The notes under the pieces are model-generated. The model saw nothing but the letters and a program-made list of their open reading frames with translations. It had not been told where the DNA came from and did not search any database. From Pristiophorus japonicus (Eukaryota): DNA of 64,000 bases. Location: NCBI RefSeq assembly GCF_044704955.1, contig NC_091982.1:20894001-20958000 (forward strand), read 5' to 3'. This document shows positions 35,413-50,347 of this stretch, piece after piece. The stretch's first letter is position 1; each line of letters begins with the position of its first letter. Made by a program: the position numbers and the translations under genes.

Positions 35413-37680
35413 ATAAGAACATAAGAACATAAGAATTAGGAACAGGAGTAGGCCATCGAGCCCCTCGAGCCTGCTCCGCCATTCAACAAGATCATGGCTG
35501 ATCTGGCTGTGGACTCAGCTCCACTTACCCGCCCGCTCCCCATAACCCTTAATTCCCTTATTGGTTAAAAATCTATCTATCTCTGATTTGAATACATTCA
35601 AAGAGCTAGCCTTAACTGCTTCCTTGGGCAGAGAATTCCACAGATTCACAACCCTCTGGGAGAAGAAATTCCTTCTCAACTCGGTTTTAAATTGGCTCCC
35701 CTGTATTTTGAGGCTGTGCCCCTAGTTCTAGTCTCCCCGACCAGTGGAAACAACCTCTCTGCCTCTATCTTGTCTATCCCTTTCATTATTTTAAATGTTT
35801 CTATAAGATCACCCCTCATCCTTCTGAACTTCAAAGAGTAAAGACCCAGTCTACTCAATCTATCATCATAAGGTAACCCCATCATCTCTGGAATCAGCCT
35901 AGTGAATCATCTCTGTACCCCCTCCAAAGCTAGTATATCCTTCCTTAAGTAAGATGACCAAAACTGCATGCAGTACTCCAGGTGCGGCCTCATCAATACC
36001 CTGTACAGTTGCAGCAGGACCTCCCTGCTTTTGTACTCCATCCCTCTCACAATGAAGGCCAACATTCCATTCGCCTTCCTGATTACCTGCTGCACCTGCA
36101 AACTAACTTTTTGGGATTCATGCACAAGGACCCCCAGGTCCCTCTGCACCGCAGCATGTTGTAATTTCTCCCCATTCAAACAATATTCCCTTTTACTGTT
36201 TTTTTTCCAAGGTGGATAACCTCACATTTTCCGACATTGTATTCCATCTGCCAAACCTTAGCCCATTCGCTTAACCTATCTAAATCTCTTTGCAGCCTCT
36301 ATGTGTCCTCTACACAACCCGCTTTCCCATTAATCTTTGTGTCATCTGCAAATTTTGTTACACGACACTCTGTCATCTATGTATATTGTAAACAGTTGTT
36401 GTCCCAGCACCGATCCCTGTGGCACACCACTAACCACCGATTGCAAACCTGAAAAGGACCCATTTATCCCGACTCTCTGCTTTCTGTTAGTTAGCCAATT
36501 CTCTATCCATGCTAATACATTTCCTCTGACTCCGCATACCTTTATCTTCTGCAGTAACCTTTTGTGTGGCGCCTTATCGAATGCCTTTTGAAAATCCAAA
36601 TACACCACATCCATCGGTACACCTCTATCCACCATGCTCGTTATATCCTCAAAGAATTCCAGTAAATTAGTTAAACATGATTTCCCCTTCATGAATCCAC
36701 GTTGCATCTGCTTGATTGCACTATTCCTATCTAGATGTCCCATTATTTCTTCCTTAATGATATCTTCAAGCATTTTCCCCAATACAGATGTTAAACTAAC
36801 CGGCCTATAGTTACCTGCCTTTGGTCTGCCCCCTTTTTTAAACAGAGGCTTTACATTAGCTGATTTCCAATCCGATTGTACCACCCCAGAGTCCAGAGAA
36901 TTTTGGTAGATTACAACGAATGCATCTGCTATAACTACCGCCATCTCTTTTAATACCCTGGGATGCATTTCATCAGGACCAGGGGACTTGTCTACCTTGA
37001 GTCCCATTAGCCTGTCCAGCACTACCTCCCTAGTGATAGTGATTGTCTCAAGGTCCTCCCTTCCCACATTCCCATGACCAGCAACTTTTGGCATGGTTTT
37101 TGTGTCTTCCACTGTGAAGACTGAAGCAAAATAATTGTTTAAGGTCTCAGTCATTTCAACATTTCCCATTATTAAATCCCCCTTCTCATCTTCGAAGGGA
37201 CCAACATTTACTTAAGTCACTCTTTTCCATTTTGTATATCGGTAAAAGCTTTTACTATCTGTTTTTATGTTTTGCGCAAGTTTACTTTCTTAATCTATCT
37301 TTCCTTTCTTTACTGCTTTCTTAGTCATTCTTTGCTGTCGTTTAAAATTTTCCCAATCTTCTAGTTTCCCACTAACCTTGGCCACCTTATACGCATTGGT
37401 TTTTAATTTGATACTCTCCTTTATTTCCTTGGTTATCCACGGCTGGTTATCCCTTCTCTTACTGCCCTTCTTTTTCACTGGAATATATTTTTGTTGAACA
37501 CTATGAAAGAGCTCCTTAAAAGTCCTCCACTGTTCCTCAATTGTGCCACCCTTTAGTCTGTGTTTCCAGTCTACTTTAGCCAACTCTGCCCTCATCCCAC
37601 TGTAGTCCCCTTTGTTTAAGCATAGTACGCTCGTTTGAGACACTACTTCCTCACCCTCAATCTGTATTACAAATTCAATT
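35413..37680 (-). mobile_element. CR1 (HER1-like) LINE, 2.3 kb, 5'-truncated
   Basis: Minus-strand RT peptides (SPGPD, NYRPVSLT, YLDFQKAFD, GVPQGSVLG, RPHLEYC) and an (AAGAACAT)n tail. Confidence 0.96.
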
Positions 37681-38057
37681 ATGTAACAAACAGCAAAAAA
37701 AGCAATCTATCTTACAGTTCATCATCTTGTCATTTTATTTATTTTCTCCTATTGGACATGTAGGGCAAGTAATTTGACATGAGGGAACCTTCTATGATAA
37801 GTTGCAAAATTTCTATATTAACCATGTTGTCTAAATTGTTGACCGAGAACTATAATTTTCCAAAATAGTGAAAGTGCTGGGCTCTGATCACTTGCCCTAT
37901 CTATGAAACATTCATCCATTGTGGACAGAGGTTCCCACTTTCTAATACTTCAAAGATATTTGGAACAGGTTTATTTGTTTCACTTCCTCCTTTTTTCACC
38001 AATTTTCTGCCGAGCTATGAATGTCGGACGCCTTATTTGGGTATGATTCAATGGTTT

Positions 38058-39979
38058 CATAAGAACATAAGAATTAGGAACAGGAGTAGGCCATCTAGCC
38101 CCTCGAGCCTGCTCCGCCATTCAAAAAGATCATGGCTGATCTGGCCGTGGACTCAGCTCCACTTACCCACCCGCTCCCCATACCCCTTAATTACCTTATT
38201 GGTTAAAAATGTATCTATCTGTGATTTGAATACATTCAATGAGCTAGCCTCAACTGCTTCCCTGGGCAGAGAATTCCACAGATTCACAACCCTCTGGGAG
38301 AAGAAATTCCTTCTCAACTCTGTTTTAAATTGGCTCCCCCGTATTTTGAGGCTGTGCCCCCTAGTTCTAGTCTTCCCGACTAGTGGAAACAACCCCTCTG
38401 CCTCTATCTTGTCTATCCCTTTCATTATTTTAAATGTTTCTATAAGATCACCCCTCATCCTTCTGAACTCCAATGAGTAAAGACCCAGTCTACTCAATCT
38501 ATCATCATAAGGTAACCCCCTCATCTCCAGAATCAGCCCAGTGAATCGTCTCTGTACCCCCTCCAAGGCTAGTATATCCTTCCTTAAGTAAGGTGACCAA
38601 AACTGTATGCAGTACTCCAGGTGCGGCCTCACCAATACCCTGTACAGTTGCAGCAGGACCTCCCTGCTTTTGTACTCCATCCCTCTTGCAATGAAGGCCA
38701 ACATTCCATTCACCTTCCTGATTACCTGCTGCACCTGCAAACTAACTTTTTGGGATTCATGCACAAGGACCCCCAGGTCCCTCTGCACCGCAACATGTTG
38801 TAATTTCTCCCCATTCAAATAATATTCCCTTTTACTGTTTTTTTTTCCAAGGTGGATGACCTCATATTTTCCTACATTGTATTCCATCTGCCAAACCTTA
38901 GCCCATTCGCTTAACCTATCTAAATCTCTTTGCAGCCTCTCTGTGTCCTCTACACAACCCGCTTCCCCACTAATCTTTGTGTCATCTGCAAATTTTGTTA
39001 CACTACACTCTGTCCCCTCCTCCAGATCATCCTTGTATATTGTAAACAGTTGTGGTCCCAGCACCGATCCCTGTGGCACACCACTAACCACCGATTTCCA
39101 ACCTGAAAAGGACCCATTTATCCCAACTCTTTGCTTTCTGTTAGCCAGCCAATTCTCTATCCATGCTAATACATTTCCGCTGACTCCACGTACCTTTATC
39201 TTCTGCATTAACCTTTTGTGTGGCACCTTATCGAATGCCTTTTGGAAATCTAAATACACCACATCTATCGGTACACCTCTATCCACCAAGCTCGTTATAT
39301 CTTCAAAGAATTCCAGTAAATTAGTTGGACATGATTTCCCCTTCATGAATCCATGTTGCGTCTGCTTGATTGCACTATTCCTATCTAGATGTCCCGCTGT
39401 TTCTTCCTTAATGATAGCTTCAAGCATTTTCCCCACTACAAATGTTAAACTAACCGGCCTATAGTTACCTGCCTTTTGTCTGCCCCCTTTTTTAAACAGA
39501 GACATTACATTAGCTGCTTTCCAATCCACTGGTACCTCCCCAGAGTCCAGAGAATTTTGGGAGATTCTCACCACTGCATCTGCTATAACTTCTGCTATCT
39601 CTTTTAATACCCTGGGATGCATTTAATCAGGACCAGGGGACTTGTCTACCTTGAGTCCCATTAGCCTGTCCAGCACTACCTCCCTAGTGATAGTGATTGT
39701 CTCAAGGTCCTCCCTTCCCACATTCCCGTGACCAGCAATTTTTAGCATGGTTTTTGTGTCTTCCACTGTGAAGACCGAAGCAAAATAATTCTTTAAAGTC
39801 TCAGCCATTTCCACATTTCCCATTACTAAATCCCCCTTCTCATCTTCTAAAGGACCAACATTTACTTTAGTCACTCTTTTCCTTTTTATATATCAGTAAA
39901 AGCTTTTACTATCTGTTTTTATGTTTTGCTATATCGATAAAAGCTTTTATTATCTGTTTTTATGTTTTGCGATGTTTTT
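38058..39979 (-). mobile_element. CR1 (HER1-like) LINE, 1.9 kb, 5'-truncated; RT open for 489 aa
   Basis: ORF 39622-38153 is intact through FADD to the native stop, with an upstream in-frame stop at 39623-39625. Candidate TSD ATGGTTT (38051-38057, 39980-39986). Confidence 0.96.
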
Positions 39980-41242
39980 ATGGTTTTTAGATGAGAATAA
40001 CTGTAGTGGCCTGGAATTAAATGACGATATTGGCAGAGAATGCCATAACCATTGTGCTCTTCCATCCTCCAATGGGGAATTCATGCCAAAGCCATTAGAA
40101 TACGCCACAGTGAGCATAACGATGAATCAGGAGCACGGCCAAAGTATGATACACATCCAAGGCGTGGCACAGAACACAACAGGTTATTTAATGTTTCCAT
40201 AAAAGTGAAAGAGCTATATAATCTTTGCAGGCTTCCCATTTCCATATTTTAAAAAGTATTATTTCTTATTTTGTGATTCATTTTTGTTGCTTTTAGGCTT
40301 TTAATCAGAATAGCGCAAAAACAAGGGCCATTTTATTGTTGTTGTTGCATATCCCGGTTAACTTCACTTCTGACAGTCCTTCTTGTCAGTAAATGGCAGG
40401 TTGCTTTATTTTAAACAACGTTATGACATTAAACTTTGACAGAGACTGAGACAGAGATCTCCTCGCACATGCAATCCTCACCTCCATATATCGTTTTATT
40501 TCACTCCGCTTCTACCCCAAACAAGGTTGTCGGATCAACCTGACTCAGTTATAGTGTTCTTGACGCTTTATTGGTCGAATGCTGGAGTTTCAATTATTTA
40601 CCATCCGCACTTCTAATAAAGATCAAATGTGTTTGGTAAAATTGTTTACAGTAACTGATAATAAGATGAACTAGTATGAAAAGAGATTCCTTTAATCCAC
40701 TGAACAAAGTCATTAAGTCTTTGCACCTTCCATTACTAGACTTATGCTTTTAAATAAATCAGTACAATCCCATGACATGTAATCAAGTTGTTCCAAAATA
40801 GCGGCATTTGAGTATAGCTCTCAAACATTTTAGACCCAGGGAATTTATTTAGTGGGCACTTCACGCAAATTGCATCAAACCATGCTGAGCAGTTGAATAC
40901 TTTACTGATTCTGAGCCCTTCAGCGGCATTCTGAAATGGTCGAAGTAACAGCGATCACAGTGATGCAAATGCAGCAAGCTCGATCTCGATTGGCTGAGCC
41001 TGGTCCATATAAATCAGGTGCGCTGATTTTCCATTTCACTTTCAGGTGTAGTGCATGGTTAGTGGTGGTCTGGCTTCTCCTCACGGTTCATGCATAGGCT
41101 CATTGTATTTCAGATGAGTGTCTTTTGGAGTGGTCTTTACAGACTGTGTGCTTTAGCAGTCTGAGTTCTCTAAATAGAAGTTATTGAACTGCAGTGCAAC
41201 ACTCTATTTTCCAATATTGTTACCAAGTTTTGTCAATATAAG

Positions 41243-41526
41243 CGTTGTGTATGTATAATTTAATATACTCTCTGTACACTCAATGTACAGTTATATAAGA
41301 CTACTGAATGTACCTTCATACTGTATACACTATGCTTGTACCACTAGAGGGTGCAACTGGTGGAGACCTAGGAGTTACCTGTACACAACAGGTAACCAGA
41401 TATAAAAGGGAGCTCGCCATACTGTACCCTCACTCAGGAGCAATAATAAATGGACTAAGGTCACCACAATTCAAGTTCAATACCTTATCTCATGGAGTCA
41501 TTACTGGAGTGCTTACAGACACAATA
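41243..41526 (+). mobile_element. Solo LTR, Gypsy-type
   Basis: (c)gttgtgtatg...ccactagagggtgc...TATAAAAG...AATAAA...aaggtcac...acacaata, same layout as the other LTRs. No clean TSD. Confidence 0.65.
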
Positions 41527-41700
41527 CCTAGCACCAAATTATGCCAAACTGAGGTCCTTTACATCAAGAATTCTTTCCACGTGTGAAACCACATACATGT
41601 GTGAATAAGTATTCTCCATCATGAATATCAACAAGACTAAACTACGTTCTCAACTTTGTACACTTGAACTTGGTACTTAAGATAGACACAGACCAGTCAT

Positions 41701-42111
41701 TTACTCCATATATTGATGCAACCATTCAAGTAAAGAGTTTCCAGATATCCAGGAGCAATAGTAGCAAAAAATAGAACTTTTTATATAAGTGCCTTGTTTG
41801 ATGCTGTTAACAACTACAAATGGTGCAGACACGTGATTCACAGAATAGAATGTCTTTGACAAGTCAACAAATACCCTGTAGCAGTTCTGGTGCTCTTCTT
41901 TACACTTTTCTTGGATTTGGCGAGCTGAGAAAATCATGTCAGATATTCCACAATTGCTTTGGTTTTGTGGGTGAATTTTTCTGCTAGTTGTTAGTTTAAT
42001 CAGCAAAGTGGTGACTATCGCAGCATAAGTGAACACCTTTGTTTTTGTCGAGGTGCACAATGTTGCTGTCTTTGAAATCTTGAGGCACAGTTTCATGTTC
42101 CCAGATTTCAT
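41701..42111 (-). pseudogene. RTE-clade LINE RT fragment, highly decayed
   Basis: DMIFSARQIQEKCKE..FVDLSKTF..SVN..IKQG matches the RTE motifs DMIF..RQLQEKC / FVDL.KAFD / GVKQG. Confidence 0.7.
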
Positions 42112-45100
42112 TGTAACCTCATTTTAAGATTGTGGCCCCATGATTGTATATCTCTGCAGTTTGTTTTTAAATAACTTAAATAGGAGGGTTGGGCTTTAAT
42201 CTCTTTCAATTAGTCTGGGGAATGTAACTTTTTTATCTGTAAGTATTGTAATGGTCAAAAATCCTGTGCACCTAAATCAGCTGAAAAACAGGAGTTTGAG
42301 GTGAGGTGTTTAATTATCAGGGAATTGTAAAAGTATTCACCTCACTAACAGAACAATTTCATATTTACAATACAAAGGATCAAGAGATCCACAATATTGA
42401 CTATTTGGATTTTTTTCCCCTCACACAGTAGTTATTTCATGGAATTTGGGGGCTTTTGTTCTTGTTACAATGCAGATTGTATAGAGTAATGGTGAATCAT
42501 TCACTGCCAAAGTAAAGGAGTTTAACACACGTTCTCTAGAACCGTAGATGAATGCCAGACCTTTATAGAACATTAGTAAATCCAAACATAAATTATCCTA
42601 AAGCCAGGGTCTGAAAGCCAAGAAATTTCTTGATTATTTTGGCAGATTCCCAGATCTCACAAAAAGTTTGCATCTGACATGGAGACAGCAATTTCATGCA
42701 GTATTCACACTGAAGTGTAAGTATATACCTTTAAATAGATCTAGCCTTAGTATTTACTATATAATCATTCTAGAGGAAATTATTTTTGGTTTCAAATGCA
42801 CCAAGTGTCAAAAATAAAAACGTTTTGGGAGCATGCCCCCAGACCGCCTAGGAAATAAATTTAGCACAATCACAATTCATTTAAAAAATGTCTAAATTCA
42901 CCACTGAAAAATTGCATGTGTGTACAAGTTCATGTCTAGTGCACTCATATTGGGATTACCTTTTGTATGTTATACATGAGGCCACCGTATTACAATTTGC
43001 CACAAAAACATACTGAATTGTAGAATGCAATACCAACTTTCTAATAAAAATCCTGAAATCTAATTTATTAAAAAGATATTTAACTTATTCAGTTGCGATG
43101 AACCAGTAGCCTTGGTCATAAGCCTTTATTCAGTGCCATTTGTCTGTTGTATGTTGTATTGAGTTGTCTGTTTTTAAAACTGTTTGTCAGCTTTTCTGAG
43201 TTTTATGGGTTGGTATGTATTCCCCTCCTTAACACAGGGGTCAGAGTCCAGTTAAAAACATGGGGGAAGATCATCTAACTCAGCAAATACCATTCTCCAC
43301 CCCCCCCCCCAAAAAAAAAGAGACAACAAGATCAATCTTTTTTTAATCGATATATATGAGCGAGTTAATTTGATTTGAGTGGGAGTTGATGGATCTGAAA
43401 ACCAGTACTGCAGAGTGAAGGCTATATGAAATGGTGGCCTTCGCCTGAACCAAAATGGCCACAACGTCCTTGGGGAAAAAGGAGGGTAGGGGAAACAGGA
43501 TTTAAACTAATATAGCAGGGAGCTGGGGAATGCCTTGATTTGGAAATAGAGAGTGCGAGCAGGATTAACAATGCTGCTGGAAGGGAAATAGAAGGCTTAA
43601 TTGAAATATATAATGAGAAAATATTAGAGCAAGGGGGATAAAAAGGTCATGAGGTAGTGAGAGATAAAATAAAATGATTTTACTGCAAAGAGCATTAAAC
43701 AATTAAAAAAATTGGAGACAGGATTGAGTGGAATGTATGCAAATACACAAAGCATTCAAGGCAAAACTGTTGAGTTTGAAGCGTTAGTGATCAAAGTGAT
43801 GTGATTTAGTAGCTATCACATTTGGACAGGGTGGGAATGTAATATTCTTGGTGCTAACATTTTCAGGAAAGGTAGGGAAGAAAGGAGGTGGCAGAGTTGG
43901 TAAAGTATTCCATCCCAATGCTAGAATGCAGGGATGTCCTGGGATTGCATGGAGACAGAATCCATATGCACAGAGTTAAGAAATAGGAAGGGAGATGTTA
44001 ACAATTCTCAGTGTGCATTACAGGTCCCCAAACAGTGAAGACGAAGTAGAGGTGGAGATCTGTAGACAGTTCAGTGAGATATACAAGAACAGGCACGAAC
44101 ATTGGGTGATTTTAACTATCCCAAAATAGACTGGAATAAATGTATGTAGTCAAAGTGGTGAATTATTTTGAGAATGCATCCAGGGAGTGCTACTTAGATT
44201 AAATGTTTCTAACCCAAAAAGAAAGAAAAAAAGCTTGATTTTGTTCTGGAAATTGTCATGTATCTCACATTACTGTATATAACTGTATCTTACCATGCTA
44301 TACATGACTGTAACTGGATATGACCTGTAACAATAAGCATACCTTACCACCAGGGGTGCACTTGCAGGAGACACTCCACACCTGTCCCACTGTGGTATAT
44401 AAAGGGAGGTCTCAGGCAAGTGCAGCACTGGAGAGCTGGAATTAAAGGTGCAGGTCCTGAGTGACCTTGGCTTCAGCATGTGTCTCGTGTAAGTCAGTAC
44501 ATTAGAGTCAGGACTTAACAGTGGCGACGAGAATGGGATCACAGAATCCACAGAATAGCTACCAACAGCTCAGATGAGAAATACAATGCAGGAGACAATT
44601 GGGATGACTTTATAGAAAGGCTCCAGCAAAGCTTTGTGACCAAAGACTGGCTGGGCGATGCTAAGGCAGACAAAAGAAGAGCCCATCTCTTGACCAACTG
44701 TGGCTTGAAAACTTACGCTTTAATGAAAGACCTGCTGGCACCCGAGAAATCAGCAAGCAAGTCGTTTGAGGAGTTGAGCACACTGGTGAGAGACCACTTG
44801 AAGCCAGCAAGCAGCCTACACATGGCCAGACACAGGTTCTACAACTACAGACGCTGTGTGGGCCAAAGCATACCCGACTTCGTGGTGGAACTTCGGAGGT
44901 TGGCTAGTTTATGTGAGTTCTCCGATGAACTGAGGAGAGAAATGCTGAGAGATTTTTTTATTGAAGGAATAGGCCATGCAGGCATATTCTGAAAGCTTAT
45001 AGAGACTAAGAACTTGACTCTAGAGGCAGCAGCACTGGTCGCACAGACGTTCTTGGCAGGCGAAGAAGAAACGAGGCTGATCTATACTTTGTGTACGACA

Positions 45101-45465
45101 ACCAACGAGGCATCGGAACAAGGGGTTCACATTGTGAAACAAACCACTACCCCCACACACGGACAAAGGCAGGAGAGCAGGCCTTCAACAGCAGACAGTG
45201 GCGCCAGAAGCCATCAAAATCAAGGGCCACATGAACAGCCGATCACACCTCATCAACCCAAAATGCGAGCAATCAACAACAGATTGAGAGAAGCTCATCC
45301 TTCGGAAACAATGGAAACGGTCTGTGTTGGAGATGTGGGGGAAGGCACTCAACCAGGGTGTGTCGATTTCAGCATGCCGTTTGCAGAAACTGCAACGACA
45401 CAGGGCATCTGGCTCGGCTCGTATGTGCAGAAAAACAGCAGCTCGGCTGGTATACAAATCGGAAG

Positions 45466-48400
45466 TGTCATGTATCTTACATTATTATATATAACTGTAT
45501 CTTAACATGCTATACATGACTGTAATAAGATATGACCTGTAACCAACAGCATACCTTACCACCAGGGGTGCACTTGCAAGAGACAGGTATATAAGGACAG
45601 GTCTCAGACAAGTGCAGCATTCCAGAGCTGTGCAAAAAGGTGCAGGTCCAGAGTGACCTTGACTTCACTACATGCCTCGTGTGAATTTGTACTGAGGGGA
45701 CAGGACTTTACAGTGGCGACAAGTTACGGGATTACAGAATCCACAGAATGGCGAACAACGGATCAGATGAAAAGTACAATGCGGGAGACAATTGGGAGGA
45801 CTTTATAGGAAGGCTCCAGCAAAGCTTTGTAACCAAAGACTGGTTCGGAGACGACAAAGCTGACAAGAGAAGAGCCCATCTCTTGACCAGCTGTGGCTCG
45901 AAAACATACGCTTCAATGAAGGATCTGCTGACACCCGAGAAACCAGCAAGCAAGTCGTTTGAAGAATTGAGCACACTGGTAAGAGACCACCTGAAGCCAG
46001 TGAGAAGCCTACACATGGCCAGACACAGGTTCTACAACTACAGACGCTGTGTGGGCCAGAGCATACCCGACGTCGTGGCAGAACTTCGGAGGTTGGCTAG
46101 TTTATGTGAGTTCTCCGATGAACTTAGGAGAGAAATGCTGAAAGACTTTTTCATTGAAGGAATAGGCCATGCAGGCATATTCCGAAAGCTCATAGAGACC
46201 AAGAACCTGACCTTAGAGGCAGCAGCACTGGTTGCACAGACATTCTTGGTAGGGGAAGAAGAAACGAGGTTGATTTAGAATACAGGTATGACAACTAACG
46301 AAATATTGGAACAAGAAGTTCACAGCATTAAACAAGCTGCTACCCCCACATACAGACAAAACCGGGAGAACAGGCTCTCGACAGCAGGCAGTGGCGCCAG
46401 AAGCCAACAAGGGCCACAGGAACGGCCGTTCATACCTCATCAACCCACAATGCGAGCAATCAACTACAAACTGAGAGAAGCTCAAGAGAGATCAGCCAGA
46501 CGCAGCTCATTCTTTGCAAGCAGTCTGTGCTGGAGGTGTGGGGGTGGGCACTCGTCAAGGGGATGTCGATTTCAGCAGGCTGTTTGCAGGAACTGTGAAT
46601 ATACAGGGCATTTGGCCTGCATGTGCAAAAAAACGTCAGCTCGGCTGGTATACGAATCGGATGGGTCGGAAAGCGGACCAGAAGACGGTGGGGACAGTAT
46701 CCGGGACACCGATGTACAGCGGGTCAACACGATCAATGGCTACTGCTCCTACAACAGGACGCCTCCTATTATGATGAGGGTCCTACTCAACGTGATACCT
46801 GTCAACATGGAGCTGGATACGGGAGCGAGTCAATCTCTCATGGGCGCTCAACAATTTGAACAACTATGGCCGCATAAAAGAGACAGACCAAAATTCACGA
46901 GGGTCGACACCAAACTAAGGACCTATACCAAAGAAATCGTACCAGTCCTCGGCAGCGCCATGCTCTCTGTCACACACAAAGGGACAGTGAACCGACTTCC
47001 CCTGTGGATTGTCCCCGGAGACCCCCCAGCACTGCTGGGGAGAAGCTGGGTGGCAAAACTAAACTGGAAATGGGATGATTCAAAAAGGAGTTAGATGTAG
47101 CCTTTACTACTAGGGAGATCAAGGGGTATGGCGAGAAAGCAGGAATGGGGTACTGAAGTTGCATATTCAGCCATGAACTCATTGATTGGTGGTGCAGGCT
47201 CGAAGGGCCGAATGGCCTACTCCTGCACCTATTTTCTATGTTTCTATGTTTCTATGTCCATGCCATGTCATTAGGGGAACGGACCTCCTGCTCAACAGTT
47301 ATAAAGCGATTTGAACATCTCTTTCAGTCAGGTGTGGGCACTTTCAAAGGGGCCAAAGTCAAAATCTACATCACACAGGATGCTAGACAGGTCCATCACA
47401 AGGCCAGAGCTGTACCCTATGTGATGAGGGAAAAGATTGAACACGAACTAGACAGGCTTCTGAGGGAAGGCATTATATCATCTGTGGAATTTAGCGACTG
47501 GGCAAGTCCCATCGTCCCAGTCATGAAGCCTGATGGATCCGTACGAATCTGTGGGGACTACAAATCAACCATAAACAGAGTCTCCCTACAGGACCAGTAC
47601 CCGCTGACCAGAGCGGAGGACTTATTTGCCACATTGGCTGGAGGTAAACTTTTCTCAAAACTAGACCTCACATCGGCGTATTTGATGCAAGAATTGACCA
47701 AGGAATCCAAGCTACTCACCACCATCAACACACATCGAGGCCTTTTCATGTGCAATCAATGCCCATTCGGCATCAGGTCGGTAGCTGCCATATTCCAGCG
47801 CAACATGGAGAGTCTGCTCAAGTCCATCCCGGGGACGGTTGCATTTCAAGACGACATACTTATCATGGGCAGGGACACCGACTCCCATCTCCGTAATTTG
47901 GAGGAAGTACTAAAGCGGTTGGATCAGGTAGGCCTACGAGTCAAGAAATCCAAGTGCCTGTTTCTCGCACCCGAGGTTGAATTTTTGGGTAGAAGGATTG
48001 CCGCTGATGGAATCCGCCCAACAGAGTCCAAAACAGAAGCAATTCGCCTGGCACCCAGGCCCCGGAATGTCTCAGAACTGCGCGCCTTTCTCGGGCTACT
48101 TTGGGCACTTTATGCAGAACTTAAGCACGCTGCTGGAGCCTCTCCACGTGCTACTCAGGAAGAGGTGCAATTGGTTTTGGGGGGATGCCCAGGAACTCGC
48201 CTTCAATAAGGCACGCAACCTTCTGTGTTCCAACAGTGTTTTGACTTTCTTTGACCCAGGTAAAAAGCTAGTTCTCACATGCGATGCGTCAGCGTATGGG
48301 GTTGGGTGTGTTTTGCAACATGTCAATAGTGCGGGCAAATTTCAACCCACAACTTATGCCTCCAGGTCACTTTCACGGCCGGACCGCGGGTACGGAATGG

Positions 48401-50347
48401 TAGAGAAGGAGGCGCTCGCATGCGTGTACGGTGTCAAAAAGATGCACCAATACCTTTTCGGGGCCAAGTTCGCGTTAGAAACTGACCACAAGCCCCTCAT
48501 GTCCCTCCTATCCGTGAGCAAGGCAATAAACACTAACGCCTCAGTGCGAATTCAACGGTGGGCACTCATGCTGGCGTCCTACGACTATACCATAAGGCAC
48601 AGACCAGGCACAGACAACTGTGCCGACGTGCTCAGCAGGCTACCCCTGGCGACCACGGAAGGGTCTGACGAACAGGACTGTGAGATAGTCATGGCAATCA
48701 ATGCCTTTGAGTCCACAGGTTCGCCCATGACGGCTCGCCAAATCAGAGCCTGGATGGCCAGCGACCCCACGTAAAAAGATGTGTCCTAACCGGTGACTGG
48801 GCAGAGGCTCGCGATGCCTGCCCCGAGGAATTAAAACCCTTTCACAGGCGCATGCATGCGCTATCACTACAAGCCTGATGTGGGGCAGCCGAGTAGTCAT
48901 GCTTTTGCGAGGCAGAGAGGCATTTGTCCGGGAGCTCCATCGCGAGCACCCGGGGATCGTACTCATGAAGGCCATAGCCAGATCCCACGTCTGGTAGCCT
49001 GGTATTGACGCGGACTTGGATCTCTGCGTCCGAAGGTGCACCATTTGTGCCCAACTCAGCAATGCCCCCAGGGAGGCTCCCCTGAGCCCCTGGCCTACAA
49101 AACCGTGGTCACGGGTGCACGTAGACTATGCGGGCCCATTCATGGGCAAAATGTTCCTCGTAGTTGTAGATGCATTTTCAAAGTGGATCGAATGCACCAT
49201 TTTAAACTTGAGCACAACCTCCACCACTGTGGAGAGCCTCGCAACCATGTTTGCAATGCACGGAATCCCTGACATATTGGTCAGTGACAATGGTCCGTGC
49301 TTCACCAGCACAGAATTCCAAGATTGATAATTGACCACGGCATAAATCACGTCAAGACGGCACCGTTCATCCGGCCTCCAACGGCCAGGCGGAGAGAGCA
49401 GTGCAAATCATTAAACAAGGCATGCTTAAAATCCAAGGTCCCACGCTGCAAGGTCACCTGTCGTGACTGCTGCTGGCATACAGATCTCGTCCGCACTCAT
49501 TGACTGGGATCCCCCCCGCGCAACTGCTGATGAAAAGGACTTTAAAGACAAGGCTCTCATTAATCCTCCCAGACATGCATGAAATCGTTGAGGCAAAGCG
49601 CCATAAGCTGACTGAGTATCATGACAGAAATTCGAGGGGGAGATGGAATGAGATAGGGGACAAAGTGTTTGTACTAAACTATGGCAGGGGTCCCAAATGG
49701 CTTGCAGGGACAGTAACGGGCAAGGAAGGAAACAGGCTACGGGGAGTACAAATGAACAATGGCAAAACCTGCCGGAGGCATGTAGACCAAGTCAAAAACA
49801 GATTTACCAACAACACTGCGGAACCAGAGACAGACTACAATGTGGAACTCGCATCACACCTGGTGGACAGACAGAGGGAACAACCTGAGGAAAGGGCAAT
49901 CCCAACAGACAGCCCAGGCGAGTGAACAACAATCACACCAATCTAAACAGACAGCCCAGGCAAGATACCAGCAACCACACCCAAAGAAAAACAGACACCA
50001 AGGCAAACAACTGAACCACAACTCAGACGCTCCACGCGAGAGCGTAGACTACCTGAGAGACTGAACCTATAAAGTCAGTAAGACCTTGGGGGAGGGTGAT
50101 GTCATGTATCTTACATTATTATATATAACTGTATCCTAACATGCTATACATGACTGTAATAAGATATGGCCTGTATCCACAAGCATACCTTACCACCAGG
50201 GGTACACTTGCAAGAGACAGGTATATAAGGACAGGTCTCAGGCAAGTGCGGCATTCCAGAGCTGTGAAATAAAGGTGCAGGTCCAGAGTGACCTTGACTT
50301 CACTACATGCCTCATGTGAATCTGTACTGAGGGGACAGGACTTTACA
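45466..50347 (+). mobile_element. Gypsy-5 (inner): sister element nested in the Gypsy-4 gag/PR linker
   Basis: LTRs at 45466-45712 and 50100-50347 (~12 differences), TSD GGAAG, PBS tggcgacaag at 45714. gag starts at 45748 with CWRCGGGH..C..C..GH..C; protease LDTG, RT FQDD, RH and IN all carry stops or frameshifts. Confidence 0.97.
47080..47255 (+). mobile_element. CR1 3' end inserted in Gypsy-5 pol
   Basis: Interrupts tgggatgat|gtccatgccatg (cf. 50760-50780). Matches 34210-34385 and ends (TTTCTATG)n. Confidence 0.92.

Noticed and set aside
38153-39622. Active CR1 reverse transcriptase gene
   Set aside because: 5'-truncated, no endonuclease or promoter, and an in-frame stop immediately upstream.
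41238-41531. TSD around the solo LTR
   Set aside because: Flanks ATAAG and CCTAG do not match well enough.
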